Assembly: GCA_023920165.1 (NCBI GenBank) | Contig: CP089276.1 | Location: forward strand, 3,348,001-3,412,000 | DNA: 64,000 bases | Reading direction: 5' to 3' | Source of the DNA: Curvularia clavata | Taxonomy: Eukaryota | Part shown: positions 20,301 to 28,550 of the stretch, piece by piece | How the letters are laid out: each line of letters starts with the position of its first letter | Numbering within the stretch: the stretch's first letter is position 1 | The notes under the pieces: model-generated | Seen by the model: only the letters and a program-made list of their open reading frames with translations | Told to the model about the DNA's origin: nothing | Databases searched by the model: none | Made by a program: the position numbers and the translations under genes

Positions 20301-23021
20301 ACAGCAGATCTGCTTCATCGTTTGTCAAAGTCTTTCATCCAGATCGGAACGCAAGGATTCTGTCAGCCTCCAGAGAAGTCTGATGACAACCAAAAAGGAA
20401 AGGATGACAAGCTCGAATCCGGAACCGGCCTTGGAGAGGGCGAAGGCGCTGAAGATATTTCTAAAGACATTGAGGATGATGAAGATCTTGACGAGTTGGC
20501 GCAAGAACAGAAAGGCGAAAGAGAGGGTAGCATCGAAGAACAAGAAGACGCCGTTGACATGGGAGACAAAGAGATGGAGGGTGAAAGCGAACAAGTTGAG
20601 GAAAAACAAGAGGATGGTGATGAGTCTGGGGAAGAGGGAGATGATGACGCGCAGAGTGAAGTCGGCAGTGTTGATGATCTCGGCCCCAGCGCTGTCGATG
20701 AGAAGATGTGGGACGACGGCGGTAAAGAAGATGATGCAAAGGACAAGGAGGGTAAAGAAGACGTTGGGACTGAGGATCAAAATGAGCAGGTTGCTTCTGA
20801 GAAGAAAGAAAAGGAAAAACCTGGCGAAGAAGGCAAGGATGAGGAGAAGGAAGACCAGAAAGATGGCCAAGATGACGAAGATATCGAAATGGAAGGCGAA
20901 GACCAAGAAGAGAATGTCGGCGCTGGCGAGACCGAACAAATGGATCCTCACGCTAAAGAAGAAGAAACCCTGGACTTACCTGAAGATCTCAATATGGATG
21001 GCCAAGACGACCAAGGCAAGGACGACGACGACTTTGGCGACATGGATATGGGTGATGATCTTCCCGAGGATCAACCAGACCCTGAGATTGAGCCGGATCA
21101 ACCTGATACCATGGACGAGGAAATTGGCCCCGAACAGGAGGGCGAAGAAGAGAAAGAGACGACCGGCCATATTGAAGATGAAGAACAACCTGAGGGTGAG
21201 CAAGAAGAGGAAGCTGATGAGCCGATGGATGATGACGCTGTTCCCCTGCCGGATGAAAATATGCCAGATGACGAACCCCACGACATGAAGGACACGGACC
21301 AAGCTGACACGAACGCGGAAGCCGGGGCTGGTATTGAAGCAAACGAGGAAGCACACAAGAACAAGAACGAACAAGCTTCTGCTAGTGCCGCGAATCAAGA
21401 TGAAGGCCAGGAAGGAGAGTCCGCCCAGCAGCAACAGGCACCTACGACTGAAGAGGGGCAGCTTGGAGAGACGACAGCCCCCGAAGCTGGAGGTCATGGT
21501 GAACAACCTGAAGAATCTCGCGAGAAGCAGTCATTCAAGAAGCTGGGCGACATGTTGGAAAAATGGTACAACCAGCAAAAGCAGATACAGGATGCCAAAG
21601 AGAAGGATGAAACTCAGATCCAGCAAATTGACAAAGAGATTGACATGGCTGATGCAGACTTTGAGCATCTTGGAGATGAGGAACAACAAGCTGATACTCA
21701 AGCTCTGGGTACCGCCAATGAAGACCAAGCCAAGGCTTTGGATCATGACATGGCGATGCCGATGAATGAGGACGAAGAGAAGATGCCCACCCGACCTGAA
21801 GACAACAATGACGAGTTGACGGAGGCCAATAAGGACGTTGATATGGATGATGCAGAGGACCAGAATAGTCAAGAGGAAGACCAAGAGACTCCACCAACAC
21901 AATCCAATGCAATGGAGGGTCAGCCACAAGCCTTTGTTGGAGAACAGCGTCCACCGCCAGAGCAGGAGGATGAGGATATGGCTGATGCTGTTCCCTTTGA
22001 TGACGATGTCGTATCAACTACATCCTCTGCGGACAACATTGAGACTCAGTTGTCTCTGACTCACCTTGATCAATCTTCCATGGACCCTACATCTGCACGC
22101 GCTCTTTGGCTTACGCATGAAGCATCTACACATTCGCTCTCCCAACAGCTTACTGAGCATCTTCGCCTCATCCTTGCACCGACTCTCGCCACCAAGCTCC
22201 GGGGTGATTTCAGAACTGGAAAGCGGCTCAATCTCAAACGTATCATTCCATACATTGCATCGGGCTACAAACGAGACAAGATTTGGCTCCGGCGTAGTAT
22301 GCCGAGCAAGAGAAGCTATCAGGTCATGATTGCGCTCGATAACAGTGGCAGTATGGCAGACAGTGGAGCCAGCAACCTCGCACTTAAGACACTCACACTG
22401 GTCACCCGCTCTCTTTCTATGTTGGAAGTAGGTGAGGTTAGCGTTGTTGGTTTCGGCGATCAAGTGAATGTCGCACACGATTTCGACAAGCCATTCACTT
22501 CCGAGGCAGGTGTACGCGTCTTTGAGCAATTTGGCTTTGATGCAAAGAAAACGAACGTAAGAGGCTTGGTCGACAAGAGTCTGGAATTGTTTAAAGATGC
22601 CAGACAAAAGGGTAGCAGCTCAGCCGGTGAGGATCTCTGGCAATTAATGCTCATCGTCAGCGATGGTATCTGTGACGAACACGCTGAGATCCAACGCCTC
22701 ATACGCAAAGCCCAAGAGGAACGCGTCATGATTGTCTTCATCATCATCGACAGCTCAGCGACAGCTCCTTTGGTGCCGACGCCGAAACCCTCAGATGATC
22801 CTGCGGCGCAGCCACCAGCCCCAGTCAAGGAGCAGACCAAGTCGTCTATTCTGGATCTCGAGTCTGTAGTATTCACCCCTGAGGGCAAGATCGTGAGGCA
22901 CAAGTATATGGAACAATTCCCGTTCAGGTATTACTTGGTAGTCAGGGATGTCAGAGAACTGCCGGGTGTGCTCGCCGGAGCCCTGAGACAGTGGTTTGGA
23001 GAAGTTGCTGGAAGTGTTTGA
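8334..23021 (+). CDS. MDN1: midasin / Rea1, dynein-like AAA+ ATPase of 60S ribosome maturation
   Basis: About 4.9k aa single ORF with six Walker A motifs (GLAGSGKT, GETGTGKT, GPTSSGKT, GETGCGKT, GNPGVGKT, GPPGSGKT), a long linker, a D/E-rich tail and a C-terminal MIDAS/VWA domain (DNSGSM). First in-frame ATG is at 8334. Confidence 0.98.
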   Translation: MEGINTHNAGKTVDIRALAIEALKPESTDLVFVQHGQLLPELFARCIQSGAETEAKIAAFGRILPLAPHLGEHVERFLESNSNSSIIGSHTVATESALTLTLRDSELIEVLLGTFRLISYDCKNFSRYVRLRIVESLFQHQNRVVRYLAVRVFCMYIHAADHATQERIKRVMGDGDIEGPWEGRQIDYRFLSLWEEKRWKDLQTSLGQQNASAALHRVSRDQELSPYTVNVSGVLLPRLDGQPSQEKPSEVVSTTTTEANLRNIAQGLLQPNPILLTGLAGSGKTLLIRNFAWELNKLEKMVTLHLNEQSDAKLLIGMYTTGTKPGTFSWRPGVLTTAVREGRWIFIEDLDRAPNEVISTLLPLIERGELLIPSRGETIRAARGFRIIATMRSTLNPRGQEIIPRQNMIGHRFWNHVTVQMPQLDEFRQIIHGRYPVLQKHLPGIMQVYARLLELYADAKFSSENGTSLRALTPRDLLKWCDRISVLLAQAASFSTAQKDDIFMEAFDCFAGSLRSETARQLVMNCVAEELHIDPQRRDHLLKNREVKLHLPSNTSASGTIQIGRARLSKQRSSRKTGSGRPFSTNDYTLRLLEKVAVAVDRQEPLLLVGETGTGKTTTIQYLAEQLGRKLVAFNLSQQSESGDLLGGFKPVNVRSLVIPLKDEFDEIFETTFSRKKNLRFLEMLGKRIAKGEWKRVCALWREALKMVDAARKQHESQTSSPDPEGGQPKKKRKTDSLPANFSPARWEKFAADLQTLEAQLAGGSEAFAFSFLEGNIVKAVRNGDWILLDEINLASSDTLEALTDLLGGGPDGNPSILLTETGNVERVVAHPNFRVFAAMNPATDVGKKDLPPGIRSRFTELYVESPDGDEKSLRNIVEKYLGGDGTDPAIVRVARDVTSLYLEIQRLAKANMLVDGADQKAHFSLRTLTRTLSYARDIAPLCTVRRALFEGFHMSFLTFLGKASEDLVAPLITKHLFPQRATMKAELGKPLQQPSDGRGYVKEGHYWLRKGAHEVQEQSHYIITPFVQRNMNNLIRAASTRKYPVLIQGPTSSGKTSMIEYLAKRSGNTFVRINNHEHTDLQEYLGSYISGADGKLIFQEGILVRALREGHWIVLDELNLAPTDVLEALNRLLDDNRELLIPETQEVVRPHEDFMLFATQNPAGLYGGRKVLSRAFRNRFLELHFDDIPVEELTEILHRRTMIPETWCKRIVKVYRELSTLRQENRIFEQKSFATLRDLFRWAQRKADTIQDLANNGYMLLAERVRKEDERVAVKKILETVMSERGPKVTIDEDQLFSVGSLSNIEGLSQGMSIDSTSVVWTRAMRRLSVLVAYAIRNKEPVLLIGETGCGKTTVCQLLADQFHNQLHVLNAHQNTETGDLIGAQRPIRNRAAIEESVKEQVLNVLANVPSGALQHDPSTLGYEDLLSLYDSVVQNAPESIPDEVKNNILLNRTKAGALFEWADGSLVHAMKHGHYFLLDEISLADDSVLERLNSVLEPSRTILLAEKGPVDSLVTAKDGFQFLATMNPGGDYGKKELSPALRNRFTEIWVPAMSDLDDILEIVRSKLKPEIVQYASVIVSFSQWFNDKYNTSVASSISIRDTLAWVSFVNNLVHHNPIFSIVHGAAMVFIDTLGANPAGLLAISASTIDTEKKACLQHLSNLLGTDVSPMYYGTIEISDTAERFQLGAFSIPKFAPGSSQAAFALEAPTTRSNVMRVVRALQLPKPILLEGNPGVGKTTLVTALAKAIGKPLTRLNLSEQTDLMDLFGSDVPVEGGAAGTFAWRDAPFLKAMKSGDWVLLDEMNLASQSVLEGLNAVLDHRGEVYISELDQTFHKHPDFRVFAAQNPHHQGGGRKGLPASFVNRFTVVYADVFRPEDLTLICEKIFPSIEKQEVTKLISFVAELDEQVVNRRAFGNLGAPWEFNLRDTLRWLQLLAGTDFPGSARDFLDIIFVQRFRAESDRNRLLKLFESQYGNHDPRMSLFHTLSPSMIQVGLGLLPRDSAVTRPDAVSPLKVFQLGPMEALVVSVKQNWPAIIVGPPGSGKTAIINQLASYVGADLVTFSMNADVDAMDLVGGYEQVDPMRELHHCVQKAEAVVRRHIAAAQQPELAHIELLESLQAGFVGYAAENLHPLLSLLANLNAEGAGLAQSLQVALQSSREQIDGARFQWVDGILIRALEQGKWLVLDNANLCSSAVLDRLNSLLEPNGYLSINEHSTSDGEARIVRPHPNFRIFMTVDPKYGELSRAMRNRAVEICLLEPNQANKQETVSAVQYALESTSYRFRSFQDHEKHLSMTLQQHFEGLSVQDSDLLESFAKQVQKGLVSDAPTQTNDVNGNGNMQLEHVAQTARLEDEVSTFAHFFTSTWVSRAQSVSNQLAIDASTQCLTVHPLMNELFVNQTETSKAFSLLSASLYEVMLDLYKMQKAIQNLPSARFERRKEKQKLPAFLHTYCQGLMRLADGFWQGLQEGQQVDLAFLKPLQKMFWAFHTLATAPTFDRATFQTYLKMLASVIPGSEHSLPLIQTFSANLSKQVGAFGSDVQLTTGLSMERVWRVFKPLTPKTQQQLAAILELEALADRFDAIMWQSTLGVDDMVQIRERIASSLDLVRRDQADAKELITTLSTAIQELEQGIEEDSVIVTPYFEEEFEGLCQFLDVTYRNESSRENVLPTANIVAARAKSSLFARRPTKLSSFTVGNPGNASEQFAKLYRHLGLARQSANAMVLQSRFHTAMLAKLSSVDDVQLAQLDRFEAELQVLSQQISLDAGRMTDDQTNALQSLFTNIYNQLVVSHSSEVFQNVNHGRIEFSPNSNIPIKYRSLLEDGIASCFRAADSVVDAAAWIQLGLFGLQLYVPNYPHDPALRPMIERDMFSVEKSTLLNALGALRQFQVDMTGQETSLRIRLIEETIENMGQEPPVPAIVRPNDSELDSLQGEFTNLLSTIQPLLNHSMSMREAACDQTLQQNLVRIVQRLTEGYRAYDDITDTVVGFLVCLQIGLVLGQVEEDQTSRNAVANSLAYISSATPFFGRSKPLETPESLLETMEQGLGEPNHVIDLRWHTLHSMLFMTSTDPGTMDMAAARNLLHDLFASLYGDWKTKLLQDQEKEAKNSSLYTYRGMDDEEEEEDPSLFPDYEADEEGQDKAPTLPSDSRNYAIRLADIHAELFVDGRDAQDSVKTLLQWCASEMNRVSNGKSHGSKHEDVLPAIYLALEKKANALSSSHAGRYYNFYFDSNLYEAKRFIELIHRIQSRYRQIRNVWPEHATLSDVLRTCEEALEFRHVDPVAKFITKAEKLHGYMHEWQTVASKEYSAANLYDDLTKLLVSWRELELTTWARLFDMEEVKYHNDAKSWFFVAYETIIAASESTKDDESFQTHSKELLKSLESFFEKTTLGQFEQRIKLLKQLRQHAFMRMQDTDFFRTVYTSLDNFLAYYSRLEKPVHETIAKGRQSLEKQITDVIKLASWKDTNIEVLKQSAKKNHRKLTKLVRKFRALLNQPVSGITRSGLPDEAYHLQGIAMGVVSTAVNPIALQLCENSVPGWASRPARFKNLDVTTSMMRNLAMPNKDSVDGASYISDFISELSTSIVELQKATPTTLTEENKASVQHLKTQKRKLYADTMKELRQMGINSNLSVDTLAKQDELSTILSTIPTVKSDRNIGRAAEYHLHKALNIMPQVRAVTREHSGDLTPNDVARSIGYLEGLLHASIRQRTTLSKAAQSLHQIFTPLSMIAELSKPDLGGISWVSEQHLKAQVLTQTQLRWLSAILRTGTDIVNAQAKLGKTNELDSLIRQMREQAAKTSGLADTRNQLPRLPSGLKSESHESLSKSIETHMSNLRVTFQQWVSQNDIARPVLRHIEPFLFTVPSISAAPLTEDLRITVDFHVKDVFSSLDLILGSMQDVEAAMQTVPVSTDDASWLVKEEQALSAALTALHVPQISRSLTSILDKMQYLYQDANLKSVAALLSSIKPILEQYAASQEFILMRFDALHASTADLLHRLSKSFIQIGTQGFCQPPEKSDDNQKGKDDKLESGTGLGEGEGAEDISKDIEDDEDLDELAQEQKGEREGSIEEQEDAVDMGDKEMEGESEQVEEKQEDGDESGEEGDDDAQSEVGSVDDLGPSAVDEKMWDDGGKEDDAKDKEGKEDVGTEDQNEQVASEKKEKEKPGEEGKDEEKEDQKDGQDDEDIEMEGEDQEENVGAGETEQMDPHAKEEETLDLPEDLNMDGQDDQGKDDDDFGDMDMGDDLPEDQPDPEIEPDQPDTMDEEIGPEQEGEEEKETTGHIEDEEQPEGEQEEEADEPMDDDAVPLPDENMPDDEPHDMKDTDQADTNAEAGAGIEANEEAHKNKNEQASASAANQDEGQEGESAQQQQAPTTEEGQLGETTAPEAGGHGEQPEESREKQSFKKLGDMLEKWYNQQKQIQDAKEKDETQIQQIDKEIDMADADFEHLGDEEQQADTQALGTANEDQAKALDHDMAMPMNEDEEKMPTRPEDNNDELTEANKDVDMDDAEDQNSQEEDQETPPTQSNAMEGQPQAFVGEQRPPPEQEDEDMADAVPFDDDVVSTTSSADNIETQLSLTHLDQSSMDPTSARALWLTHEASTHSLSQQLTEHLRLILAPTLATKLRGDFRTGKRLNLKRIIPYIASGYKRDKIWLRRSMPSKRSYQVMIALDNSGSMADSGASNLALKTLTLVTRSLSMLEVGEVSVVGFGDQVNVAHDFDKPFTSEAGVRVFEQFGFDAKKTNVRGLVDKSLELFKDARQKGSSSAGEDLWQLMLIVSDGICDEHAEIQRLIRKAQEERVMIVFIIIDSSATAPLVPTPKPSDDPAAQPPAPVKEQTKSSILDLESVVFTPEGKIVRHKYMEQFPFRYYLVVRDVRELPGVLAGALRQWFGEVAGSV

Positions 23022-23587
23022 AAAGAAAGTTAACAAGGATTTTATAATGGAGTTTAGGTACAGTTTTTCTGCATTTCCCGGCGAAATGGCGTTAAGGTAT
23101 CTTTTTGGTGATGGTTGGTGCATTGTTGGCGCATGTATCTAGGATGATAAATGCACCTTCTTTCTTGATTGTTTCATCAGTCGATAAGTTCATAATGGGA
23201 CCTAAAGCTTTGTCAAAAATGTTCTTCAGAGTATAGTTCATTGGTTCCAGTTCATATAATTGCAGCTTCTGTGCGATATAAGACGATGTGGATCCTGCTA
23301 CCCCGCTGAGTGGCGCAGCAATCAATTACATAGCTATGTGCGCCTCATGGAATACGGTAAGACAACCTTTCAAGCTGTCATGGATGTAGCCTTGGCGCTA
23401 GCAATGCCTCCGCGTGACGTAGATCAGGCTGACAAGCATCGATTGCATGAGGGTGCCTCGTGTCAGCCTTGTTCATATCCTTGAACCTACCTATGTGCTG
23501 CCCAAATTCTCTTTCAACGCACTCTAAGGTGCTCATTTACCACTAAACGATTTACGATCTTCTCCAAAACCTCCCAACCATACAACT

Positions 23588-26445
23588 ATGGCTGAAGTGG
23601 GAGCTGTCGCTAGTGTGGTTCAGCTAGCTGATGTAACCTTGCGCATAAGCGGCGAAGTCTGCAAGTTTCTCGATGCATACAAGAGCACTGATCGCGATTT
23701 GAAGCTGCTGTGGGATGGTAGGCTTGCCTTTTTCTCTGTATACTAGCAATTCTCTGATGATAACAGCACTTCGAGATGTTGAAGCGAACATTCGGAACCT
23801 GCGAGCATATGTTCTACTATTTCAAAAGTCTAACGCCGCCGTTGACGAGTATGAGAATCTTTCTGAGACAATAATCGGGGCACTGAAAGGCTACGACGCC
23901 GACGTACTTGCTGTGAAACGCATACTACCCCCAAAGCCGCTAGAAAGGGTTAAAGACAAGGCTCGCTGGGCATTCAAGAAGCGCGAACGACAAGAGCTCA
24001 TGGAACGTATAACACAACGGAACTCAAGCCTCACCACTGCCTTGGGAATCATGGAGAGGTACATTCGAACAGTTTTCTTTTAGTCCACGCTAATGGTGTG
24101 TAGTCAACAAAGCCTACGCATACGCAAGGATACTCAAGAAATTTTGGCGAAACAAACCGCTTCTGATGTGTTCACTTCGAGAAATCTCGCAGATATAGTC
24201 TCGGAAATGCAGAAACAAGAAGAGAACCACGCTGAGTTGCTTTCTCGATCAAGGAATATCATTACCAGCATTCAATCGATCAAAGCTTCTTCAAATCGCC
24301 AGCGCAAGACTCTCATATCCGTAGCAACTCAACAAGCTGCAATTACAAATGATAGGCTGAAGCGTACGAACAGGTCGGGCTTACGATTAGTCAGAAACAC
24401 TAAACAAGCCAACATCAAACTCGATAAACTCAGCAGACAAGTACAGCAGTCGTCGAAGCAGACTCAGCAAACAATTGATGTAATGATAGCCGACATAAAA
24501 GGGATACACGCGAAAACCACATTCGCAGCCTCTAGCATTGAAACTATCACAAGGTTCGTCCGGGAGGAAATCAGGGCCATCTTTACACCCCTCGTTCAAG
24601 AGGCTCTTGATCAGAAAGAGACACATAGAGAAGAAACGCTACGGCGCCTCGAAAATGTCAATGACGCCGTCACACGGGAAATCGGCTCTGACATATCCGC
24701 TCAACGAACAGTCGAGGCGCGTGAGTGGCACACATTGCATACTCCGAACTCAGATAGGACCATTGCAGACCAAAGGAACAAGGAGTCATGGCGAACGCAG
24801 AGTGAACTCAATGCTGCGCAATCGCTTATCCTGAATCAAGGGAGCGCAAACCTTCACTATACAATCTCAACATATAAGCGTAAATGGTCACAGGAATTCA
24901 GTTTCGGTAGGCTCGATATCGAAATCGAATGCACAAATCATCGCCTCAATGGATCTCCACAATCAAAAAGTTATACATCAATCGAAATACACTTCTGGCC
25001 GGCTCAACGATATCTAAATCTTCCCCAAATTTCTGCCTTTTACAGCACCGCCCCAACATCCGAAGGGTATTATCAACTTGCTCCATCAATTGCATGTTAT
25101 CCAATTCTACCTGATGATCACTTGGTGTTTTCAGTAGTTGAATCTGGAGACCTTGCAGGGCTTCAGAAGATGGTAGCTTCTGGGCAAATACATTTGAGAA
25201 GTTGTGATAGCATGGGACGAACACTATTACATGTACGTACATTATGTCTCCTTCGATGCTTACAATTGTTTCTCCAATTCATCCTTGCTCCTCAGCTCAA
25301 CCCAAGTCCGCATTAATCTTCTTAAATATCCACGCAACCTTCTCTTCAAAGGCATCTAAACTATGGACGTCTTGAAAAATCAATGCCAGTGCTCGAAATC
25401 TCTACTTACAACCTGCTAGAGCGCGGCATGGCATTTAAGTGTGGACATATGCCAATTTCTTCGCAGTCAGGGCCTTTCCTGGTACCAAGAATCGATAGAA
25501 GGGTAAGTTATAAATGTTCACTACGTCTGGTCCTCATTCAATTGATTGGGATACTTATCTTTTGATAGTAGGGATTCTATAGCTATCAAAAATTTGCTCT
25601 TCGCCTACATACATCACCCATGGCAATCATCTATTTTGAAAACACTCTTGGATGTTGTTGACACTATCCAATACTCGAGGCATTACGTGTATGAAGACTT
25701 TTTCTGGTTATGCCACTACTATGCATGTGGGATAAGCAGAGAACCTTACAACTGTCCTCAATTCGAGCAAGACTTTCAACGAAGGTGGCCAGATCACTGG
25801 GAACAATTTAGAGCTGACGTCCTTGAAGTTGCGCTCGCGGGCCAGGGATTTGATCATTCCTCAGATACTATTCAGCGATTGCTCCAGAGCGGGGTGAACC
25901 CAAATGTATTAGAGAACTTCGGGGGGACTCCATTGACATTTGCACTAATGTTGGCTGCTCTTCATAAGTATGATGGCTATGAAGCTATCCTAAATCCGAA
26001 TGAAGAATGGCAACTGCCGCCTCGAAGAACACTGGATCCTCCCGAGCCATCTAGGGAATATTTTGGAGTACCGTCAAGAAGTGCCTACGAAAGATACTTC
26101 CCTTCTATTATAGCACTTATAATGGGTGGTGCAGACATCTACTATATAGAACCAACCTTCTTCGAGTGGGTGGAACAATGGTACCAGTTGCCTTCACATT
26201 CCCAAATAGCGATGGACGAGGGAATCTCCGATTGCTGGAGAACAGCATTGGAGTGTAGTGGACGAGACCCCGACTTGGTCTTTTTAGAAGACGAAAGGCG
26301 CCGAAAACAAGCATTCAGATTGCGTGGCGCCACTCGATCAGGAGTAGATGAAGCAATACTGGATCCACCGCCTATAGAAGGACTTCGCTGCCGCAGATGT
26401 CGTCGAAGATACTGCAATTACCACGATCTTTCGATTTTCGAGTAG
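23588..26445 (+). CDS. HeLo-like (fungal STAND N-terminal) domain + coiled coil + degenerate ankyrin repeats, about 836 aa
   Basis: Exons 23588-23717, 23767-24058, 24104-25232, 25420-25502, 25569-26445 join in frame. N-terminus MAEVGAVASVVQLAD...KARWAFKK fits the HeLo-like pattern. Ankyrin-like DSMGRTLLH-SAAWHL and GVNPN...GGTPLTFA segments. Confidence 0.7.
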
Positions 26446-26535
26446 CTTCGAGAACTCCGGATGTTTATCTATTCATGTTTATCGAGTCAAGGAGCTTGTA
26501 GGAAAATATTTTTTGATTTGTATCAAGATTCGATA

Positions 26536-27661
26536 CTATGCAGCGACTTTTATAACTGCCCGTCCAGCAAGCTTGCCCGCTTGCATTTCTGCGAGAAAAC
26601 GATCGATATCCTTCAACTCGCCGTACGTCAGGATGGGATGGACCAGTCCACGAGCCGTAAATTCGAGTGCCTGGAACACATGTTAGTAACAGTTCTGAGG
26701 TCTTCAACAAGCAGTCCCGGAATACCTCTTCGACATCCTTCAAAGTCCCTGTCACACTACCCACAACATTCAATTTCTTCGCGCACATGAGAAGCGGCGG
26801 AGCACCCGCCACAACGCTAGGATCTTTGGGCAACCCAACGCACACCATGGTACCATTCGGCCTAAGCAAATGCGGCGCCTGGTCGTACGAAGCCTTTGAT
26901 GCTGGGAAGACGAGAACGCCGTGAGCACCGTAGTTTGTAATCTTGGTTACCTCGGATGCAATGTCTGTGCATGTGGTGAAATCGATGAAATGCTCTGCAC
27001 CCAATCGGAGACACAGCTCGCGCTTTGCATCGCCGCCGTCAATTGCGATAACGCGCATTCCCATTTGTTTTGCATACTGCACGCCAAAATGGCCAAGACC
27101 ACCGCCAGCTCCTTGAATAACAACCCATTGCCCTGGAAGGACTTTACTCCTCTTGCACGCAACATATGCTGTTACGCCGCCGCACATGATGGGGCCCGCT
27201 TCCTCGTCTTTGACGCCATCAGGGAGCTTAGTTGCGTACAGGCCGTCCGTCACACAATATTCCTGGAATGTCCCTGCTGTGGTAAAGCCGCTATTGATCT
27301 GTTTGGGACAAGAGCATTCGTCTTGGCCGTTTGTGCAGAATTCACACTTCTGACATACAGAAGCAATCCACTTGATTCCTGCGCGGTTCCCAATTTGCCA
27401 GCGATCCTGCATGTTCGAGCCCACTGCTACGACAGTGCCAGCACCTTCGTGGCCACATACGCCGTTTGTGCATTCGATCATCCTGACGGGCCATTCATCG
27501 TGTAATAAGGATTTGTCCGTGGCGCATAATCCGCTGTAGTTGATCTTGACGAGGATTTGATCGGGGGAAGGACTTGGGACGGGGATTTCCTTGACCACTA
27601 CCGTGGTTTCGTCGCCAGAACCTTGTTTGACAGCGGCTTTCTGAGTCTGGGGTAAATCCAT
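26536..27661 (-). CDS. Zn-dependent medium-chain alcohol dehydrogenase (Adh1-like)
   Basis: GLCATD, GHEGAG, structural Zn CQKCEFC...C and GAGGGLG motifs. Intron 26725-26671 restores the C-terminus ALEFTARG...GRAVIKVAA* (stop 26538-26536). Confidence 0.92.
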
Positions 27662-27779
27662 TGTGAAAATAGGGTAGCGTCAAAAGATCGGAATGGGTTG
27701 AAAGCAAAAGAATCAAATCAGACTAGTAGGGTAAAATCAATGGTATAGACACGTTTTATCTATTTTTTGAGCTAATTTT

Positions 27780-28320
27780 CCCCACAATAGGCTCATTGAC
27801 TCTGTGGGCAATATTGTGGATCCAGATAAGCTACATGCGGGGCTGAACGTGCGCGTACCCCAGACTCGACACGTGAAGACTGCAGATAGTGAGTTTGAGG
27901 TTGCGGATAGTAGGTTTGGTGCCTTGACTTGGCGGCGCTATCCCTTCGGCAGTGTGGGAAATGAGCAGAACCACCGAGCTTCGGCGGTACTCCTCTTGCC
28001 GTGGCCAGTATCCGAGAGACCCGTGACCATGCGGCAGTGCAATTCAACTGGATTTGTCCAGTGCAATACGCGAAGCGGAATAATGCGGAGAGCACGCTCG
28101 ACACTTGCCGGCAGTGATCGAGGGGCCCCAGATACCAAGGGACTGGTTGAGCGGCTGGGGCTAAGCTTTGAGGCAGGGGACCCCATGTATTGGTTGGGGA
28201 TACACACATCGTAGAATTACCTGTTATGACCTTTGATCCATTGTGATTGGGTTCGATTGAGCTGTTGCGGAGACCTTTTGGTGTACATTAAGAAGTGAGC
28301 TCGAAACCCAGTTCTCCAGC
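27780..28320. promoter_or_regulatory. cluster of WGCGG (Zn2Cys6/AlcR-type) and SYGGRG (CreA-type) sites upstream of the ADH gene
   Basis: WGCGG at 27836, 27902, 28030, 28074, 28084, 28150, 28266. SYGGRG on either strand at about 27780, 27837, 28085, 28126, 28155, 28267, 28314. Confidence 0.4.
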
Positions 28321-28550
28321 CATGAATAAACAAGTCGCAAATTCGTGTACGCCGTATATTTTGTATTTCTATTGCTATCCATCTCTTGCAACGGTGGTAT
28401 TGACGAGGGGTTGAACCTCGGCCCTTCTTAGCGAAGAGCGTGCCATAATCATACAGATTTCTTTCAAGCCTATGCCGAAACCTATACGCCCGACCGATGC
28501 AGCCATCTATGTATCCCAAAACGCCACGCTAAAACAAAAACAGTGCTATA

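Noticed and set aside
20248..22017. Many overlapping alternative-frame ORFs in the midasin acidic tail (also 3162-4159 in the RD-rich exon)
   Set aside because: Expected artefacts of low-complexity GAR/GAY-rich coding sequence.
23092..23325. 77-aa minus-strand ORF downstream of MDN1, possibly a gene remnant
   Set aside because: Non-ATG start and no motif I can assign with confidence.
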